Shown piece by piece: positions 50,056-59,939 of a stretch of DNA of 64,000 nucleotides. Position numbers and translations under genes: made by a program. How positions within the stretch are numbered: the first letter of the stretch is position 1; each line of letters opens with the position of its first letter. The notes beneath the pieces were generated by a model, which ran no database searches, had not been told where the DNA came from, and saw only the letters and a program-made list of their open reading frames with translations. The DNA comes from Bdellovibrionota bacterium (GTDB lineage Bacteria > Bdellovibrionota_C > UBA2361 > JBGSMV01): contig JBGSMV010000042.1 of assembly GCA_041739995.1 (NCBI GenBank), positions 46,046 through 110,045 on the forward strand. The letters run 5' to 3'.

Positions 50056-50817
50056 TTAGCGAGGCAGCAGTAGCTTGCGCAGGTCCTCGATAGTTCCAGT
50101 AAATGTGTTGAGGTCCACCGCCTTCTCGACTCCGGAGACCACTCCTTGTTGTGAGTATTGCCAGAAGGTCCAGTTATTCCAGCCATTCGGCAACGCTGGC
50201 TGCGTAACCCCGTACTCGGCGACCCACAGGGCATGATTGGGAAAGGGTTCTTTAATTGAAGAGCTCCAAAATTTTGGCCCGGTGTAAATGATCGGTGGCA
50301 CGCCAAAATGTTTCTCAAGCGCGCTCACAAAAATCTTTAAGTTTGCAGTAAGATTGGGAAGGTCTTTCTTGTCAGCACGTTCAACGTCAACGACAGGTGG
50401 GAGATCTCCTGGCTCAAGCGCCACATTCTGAATGAACCAGTTTGCTTCGGCGACGGGATCATCAGCAGAGACGAAGAAGTGGTAAGCGCCTCGAATGAAT
50501 CCGTTCTTCTTGGACTCCTGCCAATGAGAAGCAAAGCTTGGATCTACCCAGTCGACCCCCTCGGTGGCCTTTAGAACTACGAAGTTGAGGTCGTTCTTTG
50601 AGACGACATCCCAGGAGACCCCACCGTTAAAATGTGAGACATCAAAGCCATGCACCGCAGACTTGGTGTCTGGAGGAGCTATAAGCTTTTGAGTTCTTGG
50701 TGCCGGTTGTCGTGAAAGGGTCGGTGAAGCCTTTGGAGTCACAAGGAGCGCTCCGGCAGCAATGACTCCGCTGAGAGCAAGTACGAGGAATTTGAAGAAG
50801 CGGTAAGGTTTATTCAT
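50056..50817 (-). CDS. GH25 muramidase (lysozyme) with N-terminal signal/anchor
   Basis: GFDVSHFNG, KATEG, RGAYHF, PPVVDVE, FWQYS, VDLN. Confidence 0.93.
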   Translation of the reverse strand: MNKPYRFFKFLVLALSGVIAAGALLVTPKASPTLSRQPAPRTQKLIAPPDTKSAVHGFDVSHFNGGVSWDVVSKNDLNFVVLKATEGVDWVDPSFASHWQESKKNGFIRGAYHFFVSADDPVAEANWFIQNVALEPGDLPPVVDVERADKKDLPNLTANLKIFVSALEKHFGVPPIIYTGPKFWSSSIKEPFPNHALWVAEYGVTQPALPNGWNNWTFWQYSQQGVVSGVEKAVDLNTFTGTIEDLRKLLLPR

Positions 50818-51029
50818 GTTTCAACTTCCGAAAAACACAGCGACTGCTGGACCAATTAAGACACGTCCGGCGCGTAGGGGTTTCTGGGAGTAATTATTAG
50901 AAACCAAAGGATAGGTCGGATTTCGGCGCGAACCGCATAAGGGAATTTGAGCCAAAATTATAGGGGCCACTCAAATGAGCCGCCTTGTTATCGATGAGAT
51001 TCGCACTGATAGCTGCGGCTAGGACGCTT

Positions 51030-53591
51030 CTAGGCTTTCATCAGGCGTGCCAACGCCCGTTCAAAGGCCATATCGGAAGTGGCGGTTGAGCAAACGTCAG
51101 GACCAGAGTTAGTAGCGCCATTTTCGAGAACACAGGCTGAGCGGTCCTCAGACTTCGGCCCATCGGAAAGGTCAAGCGCCTGATTGAGACCTCCCTCTAC
51201 TAAGGGACGAAGAAGCAGACGCTGTTGCAAAAAGGATTTGCCGATACGTCCCACCGCTGTCTTTCCTCCGATCTTTGCTCCAAGGTTCAGCCCTTGCTTG
51301 AGGACCTGGCTGGGTGAGAATTTGGCGAGCATCGGAGCCATGCCATCCACTGTTCCAAACGCAAGGTCTTGCAGTACCTCTTCAGTTGAATAGCCATAGC
51401 CCTTCAGCGACTTCTTTATCGAGTAGCGCACAATGGCGGAGGTACCGAAAACCAAAAGCCCTACGCTCCAAAAATGGCTGTGGATCTGAATTCCGGCTTG
51501 CGCAGCAGCGAGCAGGGTGATGCCGGAGGCAACGCCGCCGCTAAGGTTTGCGACCACGTCAGCCATCGCATTCTTTGTCTTTCTGAATATCGTCATGTCG
51601 CGAAGGCACATGCGCGACATGATCTCTATGCGCTTTGCTGCTTCCTTTGAAAGCTCGCCATTCTTAGTCTCTTTAAGATAATACTCGCGAAGCGCCCGCA
51701 CATCTCGGTCCATGACAGGACCCTCGCGAGTGATGAGGTCAAGCCGACGGAACCATCCACTACGTTCGTGACGGTGCGTGGACTCTACTCGCTCAACCCA
51801 ACCAGCGGCACTTTCTGGCCACCCTTGAAGCAGCATTCTCATGTCGTGCAAGTCATCCCCGGAAGTCTCGCGCTCGAGGCGCTCGGCTAGGCTTTGCTCT
51901 TTGCCATGCCGCTCACGCATTATTGAACGAAAGTGCATATCAAGTGCGGCTATTTCTGACACGCGTTTGTGCTTAAGAACAGCTTTGATTCCCAACACAT
52001 CGGTTCCGATGCCATCAACGCACTGATATATAGCCTCCTCATCAGGAAGGTGACCTTCTCGGATAAGAGTTTCGCTGAGTAGCCGCGTTCGACGACGAAA
52101 ATTCTGCTGGAGGTCCTGATCGAGTCTGGAGCCGTAGATCAAGTGATAGTCCGCAACCATTGCTCGACGAGTAAAAGCATCCTCCCCGTCAAACCACTCG
52201 CCAACTGTGGTGCTTCCAAGTCGTTCGACCGCACAGCGCACACCAGCGACGAGATATCTCCGTTCTGCTGGAATGCTTCGAGCCTCCGGACCCCAAAAAT
52301 CTGTATGGTGCCGCCCGGCATTCTGCCATTCAAGGTATGAGAACATGCGCTGCTTAAGCGCTCGTGAAGCGCCTGTGAGCTGGGTGATCGTCTGATAGAG
52401 TGAGTTTGTTGAGGTGCAATCAAATCGAGCAACGAGTGCTGCCAACTGTCCGACAGGAACTGCTTCTAACTGCTCGCAAGCAGCAACAGCCCCGCCTTTC
52501 TTGTCATTCAGCAGAGTTTTAAGTTCGATGGTGTGGGCCAGTACTGAATCGCCTCGAAGTAGGGCAGCGATGATGGCGTTGTTCGGATGTTTGAACTCTT
52601 TGCTGAGATCGCGAAAAGAAGGCTGTGCAGATGAAGCGCTCTGTTCAAACTGAGCTGCGACTACTGACATATGCTCGGGAGCTATTTCTCTAAGAGCATC
52701 TCGGATTCGCTCGTACCTTCTAAATCCTTTCTGCTGGACGGCCGCAACCAGTGCATCTGCTGCCGCAGCAGCGTGATCTCCCCGCATCAAATTCTTGGCG
52801 CGCTGACTGATTCTTTCGGTGGGGTACACCAGAGAAAACCCTGGACGTGTACAAACGTCTTCAAATTCCTGAAGGATCGATTTTCCGTAGCGTTGCACGA
52901 ATGCATCATCGACGAGAGTTCGTTCAAGCTCTGTGCGGTCTCGCAACAAGGCGAAAGCATCCTTGAAGTGCGGGAAGAATCGTCGTAGCGCTACAGAGAG
53001 AGTGATTGCCTCCTTCTCAGCATGCTGCCGCATTTCTAAGCCGAGCTGCTCACGCTCAGCACACACCTCGTCAACCCGGCGCCCAAGCGAGGGATAGCGC
53101 AGGTACAAATCGGTATGGGCATGGCGATGGCTATTGCACTGCTGGTGCAGCTCTTTTCGTGCGAGCTCGACGCCAGCTAAATCCAGCGTTCGTCCCTGCT
53201 GCAAGCCAAGTTGGAGTGCCGAGCTTTCGATTCGGCGACCAAACTCGGCAATACGCGCCTGGTCGTAACTCCTTCGCAGACCCGCACCCAACGTTTCTCT
53301 TTCCTCTTGGGGCAGCCTGTTGGATGCGGCACGAATGAGTCGGAAGAAGTCCTGATCCGAGTTCTTGGACTCTGCCATGTCCGCGCAAAGAGCGCGGCGT
53401 TTGCCACGGTCGGCGGCGCGATCAAGCAAAAGAGCTTGCAACCGTGGAAGCTGAGTTTCTGCGAAAGAAGACGCATCACAAACACTGCGGGCCAGCCCGA
53501 ATCGCGCTGAATCTGGAACTTGCTTGAGAGGAGCCTGCCGCTGAGTGTCGGGCAAGGGCGGGTGCTGGCTCGATGGGCTCACGTCAGTCAC
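51030..53591 (-). CDS. Annexin-repeat-containing protein with C-terminal hydrophobic hairpin
   Basis: AIYQCVDGIGTD..L..ETSGDD repeat and degenerate repeats (RYGKSI, IYGSRL). Confidence 0.75.
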   Translation of the reverse strand: MTDVSPSSQHPPLPDTQRQAPLKQVPDSARFGLARSVCDASSFAETQLPRLQALLLDRAADRGKRRALCADMAESKNSDQDFFRLIRAASNRLPQEERETLGAGLRRSYDQARIAEFGRRIESSALQLGLQQGRTLDLAGVELARKELHQQCNSHRHAHTDLYLRYPSLGRRVDEVCAEREQLGLEMRQHAEKEAITLSVALRRFFPHFKDAFALLRDRTELERTLVDDAFVQRYGKSILQEFEDVCTRPGFSLVYPTERISQRAKNLMRGDHAAAAADALVAAVQQKGFRRYERIRDALREIAPEHMSVVAAQFEQSASSAQPSFRDLSKEFKHPNNAIIAALLRGDSVLAHTIELKTLLNDKKGGAVAACEQLEAVPVGQLAALVARFDCTSTNSLYQTITQLTGASRALKQRMFSYLEWQNAGRHHTDFWGPEARSIPAERRYLVAGVRCAVERLGSTTVGEWFDGEDAFTRRAMVADYHLIYGSRLDQDLQQNFRRRTRLLSETLIREGHLPDEEAIYQCVDGIGTDVLGIKAVLKHKRVSEIAALDMHFRSIMRERHGKEQSLAERLERETSGDDLHDMRMLLQGWPESAAGWVERVESTHRHERSGWFRRLDLITREGPVMDRDVRALREYYLKETKNGELSKEAAKRIEIMSRMCLRDMTIFRKTKNAMADVVANLSGGVASGITLLAAAQAGIQIHSHFWSVGLLVFGTSAIVRYSIKKSLKGYGYSTEEVLQDLAFGTVDGMAPMLAKFSPSQVLKQGLNLGAKIGGKTAVGRIGKSFLQQRLLLRPLVEGGLNQALDLSDGPKSEDRSACVLENGATNSGPDVCSTATSDMAFERALARLMKA

Positions 53592-54103
53592 TCAGATCTC
53601 CAACTCTGCAATGGTCATGCAACATGGGGGTAAAAGTCCCAATCAGCCTACATGAAAAGGCTAAATCTAAACGGAATTGTCGAAGTTATAGCCCGGGCTG
53701 GTCAGATAGTAGCCCTGGCGGTTTCTAAGGGTAACATCTTGGCAGAGCTACTCAAATTTCGCTGAAACTGCCCATAAACTTTGATTAGCACCCCAATCTC
53801 ACTTACGCTTTGAGGCCGTCCTGCTAGGACCATTAGTAAATTTATATTCGCCGATCTTTTTAGCGCTCTTGGGCGTCCCCTCGGGCATTCATACTAGTAG
53901 ATGAGAACGAACACCTGCTTCTACAGAGCACTTTAGTTAGTGCCATGTGGATGCAGGCATGTTCGGTAGTCTAAGGTTTTTTCAATTTTGGCCACTTTTT
54001 GTTTCTCTTTTGAGGTGTGTGTCAGGCCACGGTTGAAGCACTGCAGCGCGGTGCTTCAGTCGTGGTCCTGAAAAAATTCACACCCTTACAAGGAGAAAAT
54101 AAA

Positions 54104-55051
54104 ATGAGTGGACAAGATGTTGTTGGTGGTGGCGCGGCGCAGGATACCCCTGTTTCTGTGCCGACCGCGGCCCCAGTTCCCGCACAGACCTCTTCGCCTC
54201 CGAAGCGCGGCTTCGGCGCGCGGCTTGTGGGGCTCATCGGAGGCCTCAAGGATCGGTTCTTCAAGACCGTGCTGGTGGTGACGCTGATCTGGTATGCGAT
54301 CTTCAACCTGCCAGGGTTCTTAAATGTGCTCTCGGCCATGCGGCTCAAAAAGCACAAGAAGTGCATCGTGCGCGGGTACACGAAGTTCCTGTACTTCTAC
54401 CCGCTGATTCCGATCAGCATCATTTGCACTCTGCTACACCTGGCAGGAGCGCCGTCGTTTCCGTTGGCGGTCACCTGGATCTTGATGATCTTTGTCTGCG
54501 CCCTTGTCGCGGCGGAAGACATTGCTGGAGCGGCAGCGCTCGGAGCGATGGGATTTTTGGTGGCCATCATCGGAGTGTACTCAGCGCTTTGGATTGCGGG
54601 GCATGATGTGAACGGCTGGATCAAGTCGTTCTTTCACGCCTTCACACCGGAGTTCGACCCGGGAATGGCGATGTTGTTGGCGGCTCTGCTGTCAATCGCA
54701 TTCGTCATTTTGTACGCACGGGTAACCGTCAAGTCGACGATTCGCGTCGACAACAATACCTATAACTTGAAGGAGATTCATCAGAGTACTCCGTATCCGT
54801 CGCTCGAATGGCGACTGCGCGGTGAGATCATCGACTGGACCGAGTACTTCCTGATGGGAGCGGTCAGCCTGAAGTTCCTCGCCAATCTTGGAGCTGGACG
54901 AGGGCGTGCGGCATCGAGTGGTGGTGTGGAAGGTCACCAGGATGATCGCGTGGCGGCGTCTCTGGCGAATGTTCCAGGCGGTGCCATCGTGGACCGACTG
55001 ATCTGGCAGGCCATGGCTTCGCTCAACATTGAGCGCGGCAGCGCCAACTAA
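54104..55051 (+). CDS. Hypothetical multi-pass membrane protein
   Basis: AAGGAG SD; about 5-6 hydrophobic segments. Confidence 0.75.
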   Translation: MSGQDVVGGGAAQDTPVSVPTAAPVPAQTSSPPKRGFGARLVGLIGGLKDRFFKTVLVVTLIWYAIFNLPGFLNVLSAMRLKKHKKCIVRGYTKFLYFYPLIPISIICTLLHLAGAPSFPLAVTWILMIFVCALVAAEDIAGAAALGAMGFLVAIIGVYSALWIAGHDVNGWIKSFFHAFTPEFDPGMAMLLAALLSIAFVILYARVTVKSTIRVDNNTYNLKEIHQSTPYPSLEWRLRGEIIDWTEYFLMGAVSLKFLANLGAGRGRAASSGGVEGHQDDRVAASLANVPGGAIVDRLIWQAMASLNIERGSAN

Positions 55052-55209
55052 CCAGGGCGCTTCGACAACTCTTGTCTCCACATGCTCCGTCGTGCCCTGA
55101 ATGAGACGTCAGGCATACGGACTCAGCGAAGGGAGCTTACCTTGATAGCACCCAGGTCGCGAAAACTTACGCAGTGAAGGACGGCCACTTGTCTTGTTGC
55201 TGGCGTGAG

Positions 55210-55284
55210 GGGGTGTGGCGCAGACCATCGGTTTTTCTGGAAGGTTCCAACTTACCGAACTGCCCGCACCCCATTTTCTTTTTG
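55210..55284 (+). terminator. Long bulged hairpin followed by T-rich tract
   Basis: GGGGTGTGG/CCGCACCCC outer stem, GCAG/CTGC and TCGGT/ACCGA inner stems, then ATTTTCTTTTT. Confidence 0.5.
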
Positions 55285-55426
55285 TACACCTCGAAAGGTG
55301 CGTTCAACTTCAGACTTCCAGCCTGTGTGAAAATTTTAGGCGGCAAATAGGAGATCCTGCCCTTGAGTTTGATTTCGATGGTGCTAAAGTAAAACACCAT
55401 TTACTTGGACATCGGCGGAATTACCT

Positions 55427-58393
55427 GTGCGAGATCAATGGATTAGTCATGATTCAGATAACTCGCCTTCTAAGGGTGCCGGGGATGGTTCGTGTCAGTT
55501 CCGTGCCGACGTGCCTAAGAAGGCAGATTTATCTAGGCTGAAGCCGGTTTCGGGAACCGAGTTTCGGATCGATGGTTGTGAGAAGTTGGACCCGCTATTG
55601 GCGCTTGTTGCCCAAGAGACCGGGATATCTCCAAAGCAGACGGCGCAGATTGCAGAGGCTCTTCGCCCCCATCACGAAGAGCTTCGCAGACTCACCGATA
55701 AAATAGTCGTCGGAAGCGCATCCAAAGAGGACTGGCGGGACCTCGGGTGCGCGCTTGAGTTCGCAAGTAAGCTCCCTTCCATAGGGCGGAGTGATTTTCT
55801 ATCTTCGTTTTTTCAGCTGGCCAACTTGGCGCGTTCAGACCAGGACGTTGGCTTGGTGCTCGAGTCGGCTGCGATCTGTGCCGACTATGGTCAAAGTCAA
55901 TCAGGGCTTTTGAGCAAGGTAGTCTCTCGAGTTCTATGTCTCGCTCAGCTTGAGGGTGAGGATGAACTTGTGAGCACTTCGCAGGCGCTCACAATTCGCC
56001 TTGCTCACCGCGCGATCGACCGAGCGTGGAGTCAGCAGACTCTCGCCCGCGTTCTGGCCACTATCCCTAAAGATCCGACGCTAGAAGCTACTCGAGCGCG
56101 CCTTTCTCTGTTTGATGAGCGCTTTGACGGGTACAATAAGTTTCAGGTTAGGAATGATTTTTTGTGGATTGCTTCTTGGGAACGGGCGCTGAGTGAGCAG
56201 CCAGATCCCGCATTCTCGCAAGCCAAGGACGCCATTCTTCGGTCAGCGCTGAGAGCGCGGTTGGTCGGGGCGCTAGTCGGTCTTACGGAGAAACTAGGAC
56301 GAGTGCCGGACGGTGTCCATGAACTTATTGCTCAAGCTGGCGGCGAGGGCATTCCTTCGGAACAGTCGATCCTTGGGCTGCTTCATCGTGGGGCGCCGGA
56401 AGGGGAAGTCGCCGCTATAGCACGGCTTCGATCGTTTGGGATTCCGTTACCGTTAGCCGGAGGTGAGGACAAGGCATCGTTGCTTTACTTATATCGAGAG
56501 ACGCACGCGAAGCTCCTGCAGCTCCAGCAACCGACCAGCATTCTCGATGAGGTCATCAAAGGGCTAGTGGCGTTTCACCAACGGGTTGCATCGAGCCGAC
56601 CAGAATCGGCACCGAGTGCACACATCATCCCAAAACTATTGCGGGCGATTTGCAACGAGGACGAGGGGCAGTTCGAAGCATTGGTGCTCAGTAGAGTAGG
56701 TCGCGAGAAGCTACTGGTGTGCTTGCACGGACGCGGGGTGTTACCTGGCGATGCGATTTCGCAGGAAAGCGACTTTTATCGACTGCTAACTCATCTTCAT
56801 GCACAGCATGATGTAGACCAGATAATACGCACTCGTGATGCAGAGGAATCGCTGTTGCGCAGAAAACGGTTTGCTCAAACTTTTAAGATAGACAATCCAC
56901 CATTTAGCCTCGGGAAGACTCCCAAAGCTGAACAAGTTGCGTTCATGCAAATGACTGAGCGGGTCTTTGCCAGGCAGGTCGACTCATATCTCGGCGCTTG
57001 GGCAAATACCTATGCTTTTCGACACACACCACTGACTCGGCGCTGTCAGTTTGATGAGTTCGCCGCCGGTGTGGGTGAGAAACTCTGGGTCTGGCCGTCG
57101 AACGACATTGGACGATTTCCAGGCAGGGGGCGTGTTCTTGAAGGGCTCGATCTCACGCGAGTCTTCGCGCCCCCCCGCGGCGCCTCCGACAGTGATCCAC
57201 TTAGCTACTGGAAGACACAAATATTTCCGCACTTTGGGCTGGTAGAGGGTAGCAGGCGGCGTGGCAACCAACATGCCATGGATAATTTGAAGGAAATGAG
57301 AGTGATCGCATTGCGCGGCTGCTTTGCTTTTGAGCATCCGAGTAATCCATTTTTTCGAATTGACGACGAACCGATGTCCTACTTCGATTTCAACCATCAC
57401 TTCGATCCCACCGGTGCGAATCGAGGATTCCTGGTACCCTCGCGGGCCGTTGAGACACTCCTGTTTCACCGCCTGGTGTATCATCGCCCAGGGGTAGACG
57501 AGTTTCCGTTCAAAGTAGAATCCGCCGACGACGATTTCCCATTTAGTATTCAAAGAATTCGTGACTGCGCCAAGGAGATTGGTTGCCGCATAGGTGTGGT
57601 GAATCTCTCGTCAGGGTCACTCTATGGTGGAGGACTCTGTAACGGCCTGGATCCTGGGTCTGTTCCATACTTCGCCTGGCAACACCAACATCATCAGTAC
57701 AAAGATGGTTTTGGACATCCTCACAAGTGGAACGTTCAAGGTGTTGCGCCTCTGCTCGATCGCATGAATGAAGTCTCAAGAAGAATATATGAAGTTGCTA
57801 CAGCGTATCAGAATGCGAGGGACCTCTATAAGATCGCGTTTGGAATTGATGCGAAGGGGTGGTCGCACCGCAGGGAGTTCACGGGAATGGGACCGCCGCC
57901 GAGTCCTAAGGATGAGGCGATTCGACGAAGCTTTGAGCTCGATCAAGGAAAGGCTTCTCCTGCGGGTAGGTTGCAAGCAGAAGATGCGGAGCAGTCCTTC
58001 GATGATCTTATTCAGCAACAAGACACGGCTGAGAGGGACCGCGAAAGAGGGCGTTATATGCTAGACCTTTTTTGTGATTTCGTTGATGAATGTGCAGAAA
58101 TAAGAGCACCAAAAGATCAGCTGGGGGTATTGGTAATCTCTAACATGGCGGAGTGGGCCACGGCTCCGGAGACTCCGGTGTTGCTGAATGCGCGACTTGG
58201 CTATGCCTTCAGAAGGAGCGGACGACCTGTAGAGATTATTGACGGTAAGGGCTTCACCAATCGAAGATTACTTGCCGAAATTTGGGACAATGAAATCGAG
58301 CCGTTTTTGGGAAAAAGCGAAAATTATTGGAAAGCGCCGCGCATTGTAGCGGAGCAGAATTACGTAGATCAGATTAAGGCCATGTCTAAGTAG
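55427..58393 (+). CDS. Large hypothetical protein (988 aa)
   Basis: long uninterrupted ORF; no family recognised; start uncertain. Confidence 0.75.
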   Translation: MRDQWISHDSDNSPSKGAGDGSCQFRADVPKKADLSRLKPVSGTEFRIDGCEKLDPLLALVAQETGISPKQTAQIAEALRPHHEELRRLTDKIVVGSASKEDWRDLGCALEFASKLPSIGRSDFLSSFFQLANLARSDQDVGLVLESAAICADYGQSQSGLLSKVVSRVLCLAQLEGEDELVSTSQALTIRLAHRAIDRAWSQQTLARVLATIPKDPTLEATRARLSLFDERFDGYNKFQVRNDFLWIASWERALSEQPDPAFSQAKDAILRSALRARLVGALVGLTEKLGRVPDGVHELIAQAGGEGIPSEQSILGLLHRGAPEGEVAAIARLRSFGIPLPLAGGEDKASLLYLYRETHAKLLQLQQPTSILDEVIKGLVAFHQRVASSRPESAPSAHIIPKLLRAICNEDEGQFEALVLSRVGREKLLVCLHGRGVLPGDAISQESDFYRLLTHLHAQHDVDQIIRTRDAEESLLRRKRFAQTFKIDNPPFSLGKTPKAEQVAFMQMTERVFARQVDSYLGAWANTYAFRHTPLTRRCQFDEFAAGVGEKLWVWPSNDIGRFPGRGRVLEGLDLTRVFAPPRGASDSDPLSYWKTQIFPHFGLVEGSRRRGNQHAMDNLKEMRVIALRGCFAFEHPSNPFFRIDDEPMSYFDFNHHFDPTGANRGFLVPSRAVETLLFHRLVYHRPGVDEFPFKVESADDDFPFSIQRIRDCAKEIGCRIGVVNLSSGSLYGGGLCNGLDPGSVPYFAWQHQHHQYKDGFGHPHKWNVQGVAPLLDRMNEVSRRIYEVATAYQNARDLYKIAFGIDAKGWSHRREFTGMGPPPSPKDEAIRRSFELDQGKASPAGRLQAEDAEQSFDDLIQQQDTAERDRERGRYMLDLFCDFVDECAEIRAPKDQLGVLVISNMAEWATAPETPVLLNARLGYAFRRSGRPVEIIDGKGFTNRRLLAEIWDNEIEPFLGKSENYWKAPRIVAEQNYVDQIKAMSK

Positions 58394-58397
58394 GGAG

Positions 58398-58667
58398 GTG
58401 TTGATGAATTCGAGACGAGCAGCCCATGCAGGTGAGCGAACCCCGCATTCCGATAATCCGTTCGGGGCTCTCCATGTGCCTACTCCATTCATGATGCCCG
58501 GTACTGAAACTGAGCCAGGCACAGCGCCCACTCCGACGTTGCCCCCTCGGACAGATCCTCCAGCGGCTCCTCCCCAACGACAACCTGCTCCCCCAGGCCC
58601 AGCAACTACACCCGGAACCGACCCTGACCGTCAGCCTGAGGTGATTCCAGGGCCTTGCAGATTTTAA
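58398..58667 (+). CDS. Small Pro/Thr-rich protein
   Basis: GGGAGG SD-like sequence right after upstream stop; hairpin downstream. Confidence 0.5.
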   Translation: MLMNSRRAAHAGERTPHSDNPFGALHVPTPFMMPGTETEPGTAPTPTLPPRTDPPAAPPQRQPAPPGPATTPGTDPDRQPEVIPGPCRF

Positions 58668-58858
58668 TTGAATCTATCGCCTCAGCAGCGCAAAGGAAGC
58701 TTTCGTGCCGGGCCACGAGAAGCTTGTTTGGCTTGGTATAAAAACGACTCAAATCTGAGGTCGGTTTAAGTGCCTATCGCGCAGCACTGACTACGAGACT
58801 TTCCTAGAGTCTTGCAAATTCTACTTCGGAATCACTGATTAGAGCCGACCATATAGTT

Positions 58859-59884
58859 ATGACCGTGTCCGTTCGTGCGATAAGAGAGACCTACCGCTTT
58901 GCTGAAGCAGCAAGGGCACAGCCCCATACCGAAGCACTTCGTCTATCCAAAGTTTCCTTTCGCACTCAAACCAAATCACAAGAAGCAGTCATCGCACAGC
59001 TCTCGGGGCGTCGTGAAAGTTCTCGCCCGGGCGGTGACGTGAAGGAGGTAGAGAAAGCGGGTGCAGTGCTGGAAGGAAAGTCTGCTGGTGCGCTCGCGGG
59101 ACTTTTCGCTGAAGTGAGAGATCTCGGTGAGCGCCTCAATGCGATTCAGTCAGATCTTGACGCAGAACCGCAGGGGTCCGCGCGGCATCAAGCGCTGCAA
59201 GAAGAGCTTCTGCACCAGCAGCAGGCTTATGATCAACTTCTTAGTGGTCCGACCTATCAACGGTTACAGAGCCTTTTCGAGCGAATGGATCAGGCACTCG
59301 CACGCGGAGTAAGCCGCGAAGACTTGGCGCGCTTGCTTGGCGGAGAGCGGGCTCTGCTGGGGGATAACTTCCTTGGAGTTTTGCAACAAGGTGATGTGAG
59401 TGGACTGCTTCAGGTGCGTGGGCGACTGGGGGAACTCTCTGGGCTTGATATTGGGGCGCCGGGGGTTGGGTTTGCTCTGCAGAAAATTGGAGAAGATGGA
59501 TTGCAAGCCTTGGCAGGTAAATCCTATCAGAAAGAAAAATCGGTCGAAGTAGCGACCACCTCGAAACTGGGCCCAGCACCACAGCCAGTGCTTGAGAAAA
59601 TCAAGATTGATATGCCAGGCAACGTTTCCTTCGCCCTAAACACCATAACGGGCAAAGACATTGCGCGCGCCATTGAAGCGCATCGAATCCCTGATCCTCG
59701 TTACGCGCTAACTTTAATCCTTGATGACGGTGATAAAGAGACTTCCGAGAAAGAAAAGCAACGCATCGAAGAGCAGCGGCGCGCGAAGGAACAAAAGTCT
59801 CCATTCAATCGGGCATATCCTCATCAGCCGATTCGAGCATTGGACAGCGACGATCAGCGAGCGCGCGCAGAATCAGCGGGGTGA
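58859..59884 (+). CDS. Hypothetical helical protein
   Basis: 341-aa ORF, coiled-coil-like. Confidence 0.65.
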   Translation: MTVSVRAIRETYRFAEAARAQPHTEALRLSKVSFRTQTKSQEAVIAQLSGRRESSRPGGDVKEVEKAGAVLEGKSAGALAGLFAEVRDLGERLNAIQSDLDAEPQGSARHQALQEELLHQQQAYDQLLSGPTYQRLQSLFERMDQALARGVSREDLARLLGGERALLGDNFLGVLQQGDVSGLLQVRGRLGELSGLDIGAPGVGFALQKIGEDGLQALAGKSYQKEKSVEVATTSKLGPAPQPVLEKIKIDMPGNVSFALNTITGKDIARAIEAHRIPDPRYALTLILDDGDKETSEKEKQRIEEQRRAKEQKSPFNRAYPHQPIRALDSDDQRARAESAG

Positions 59885-59939
59885 GTTCGGGCCCTCAGAT
59901 AGAAGCAATGTGAGCTAGTGCGTTTTCGCGGAATTATGT

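Noticed and set aside
49242..50817. Prophage lysis module
   Set aside because: No holin, spanin, structural or integrase genes nearby
53752..53776. Sigma28 promoter TCAA-N14-GCCCATAA
   Set aside because: Spacer one base short and -35 weak; not reported as a feature
55045..55250. Integron attC site beginning at the CTAAC stop region
   Set aside because: No matching GTTRRRY end downstream and no integrase or cassette array
58825..58851. Sigma28 promoter before the 341-aa ORF
   Set aside because: -10 like GCCGACCA present but no TAAA-like -35 at 15 nt
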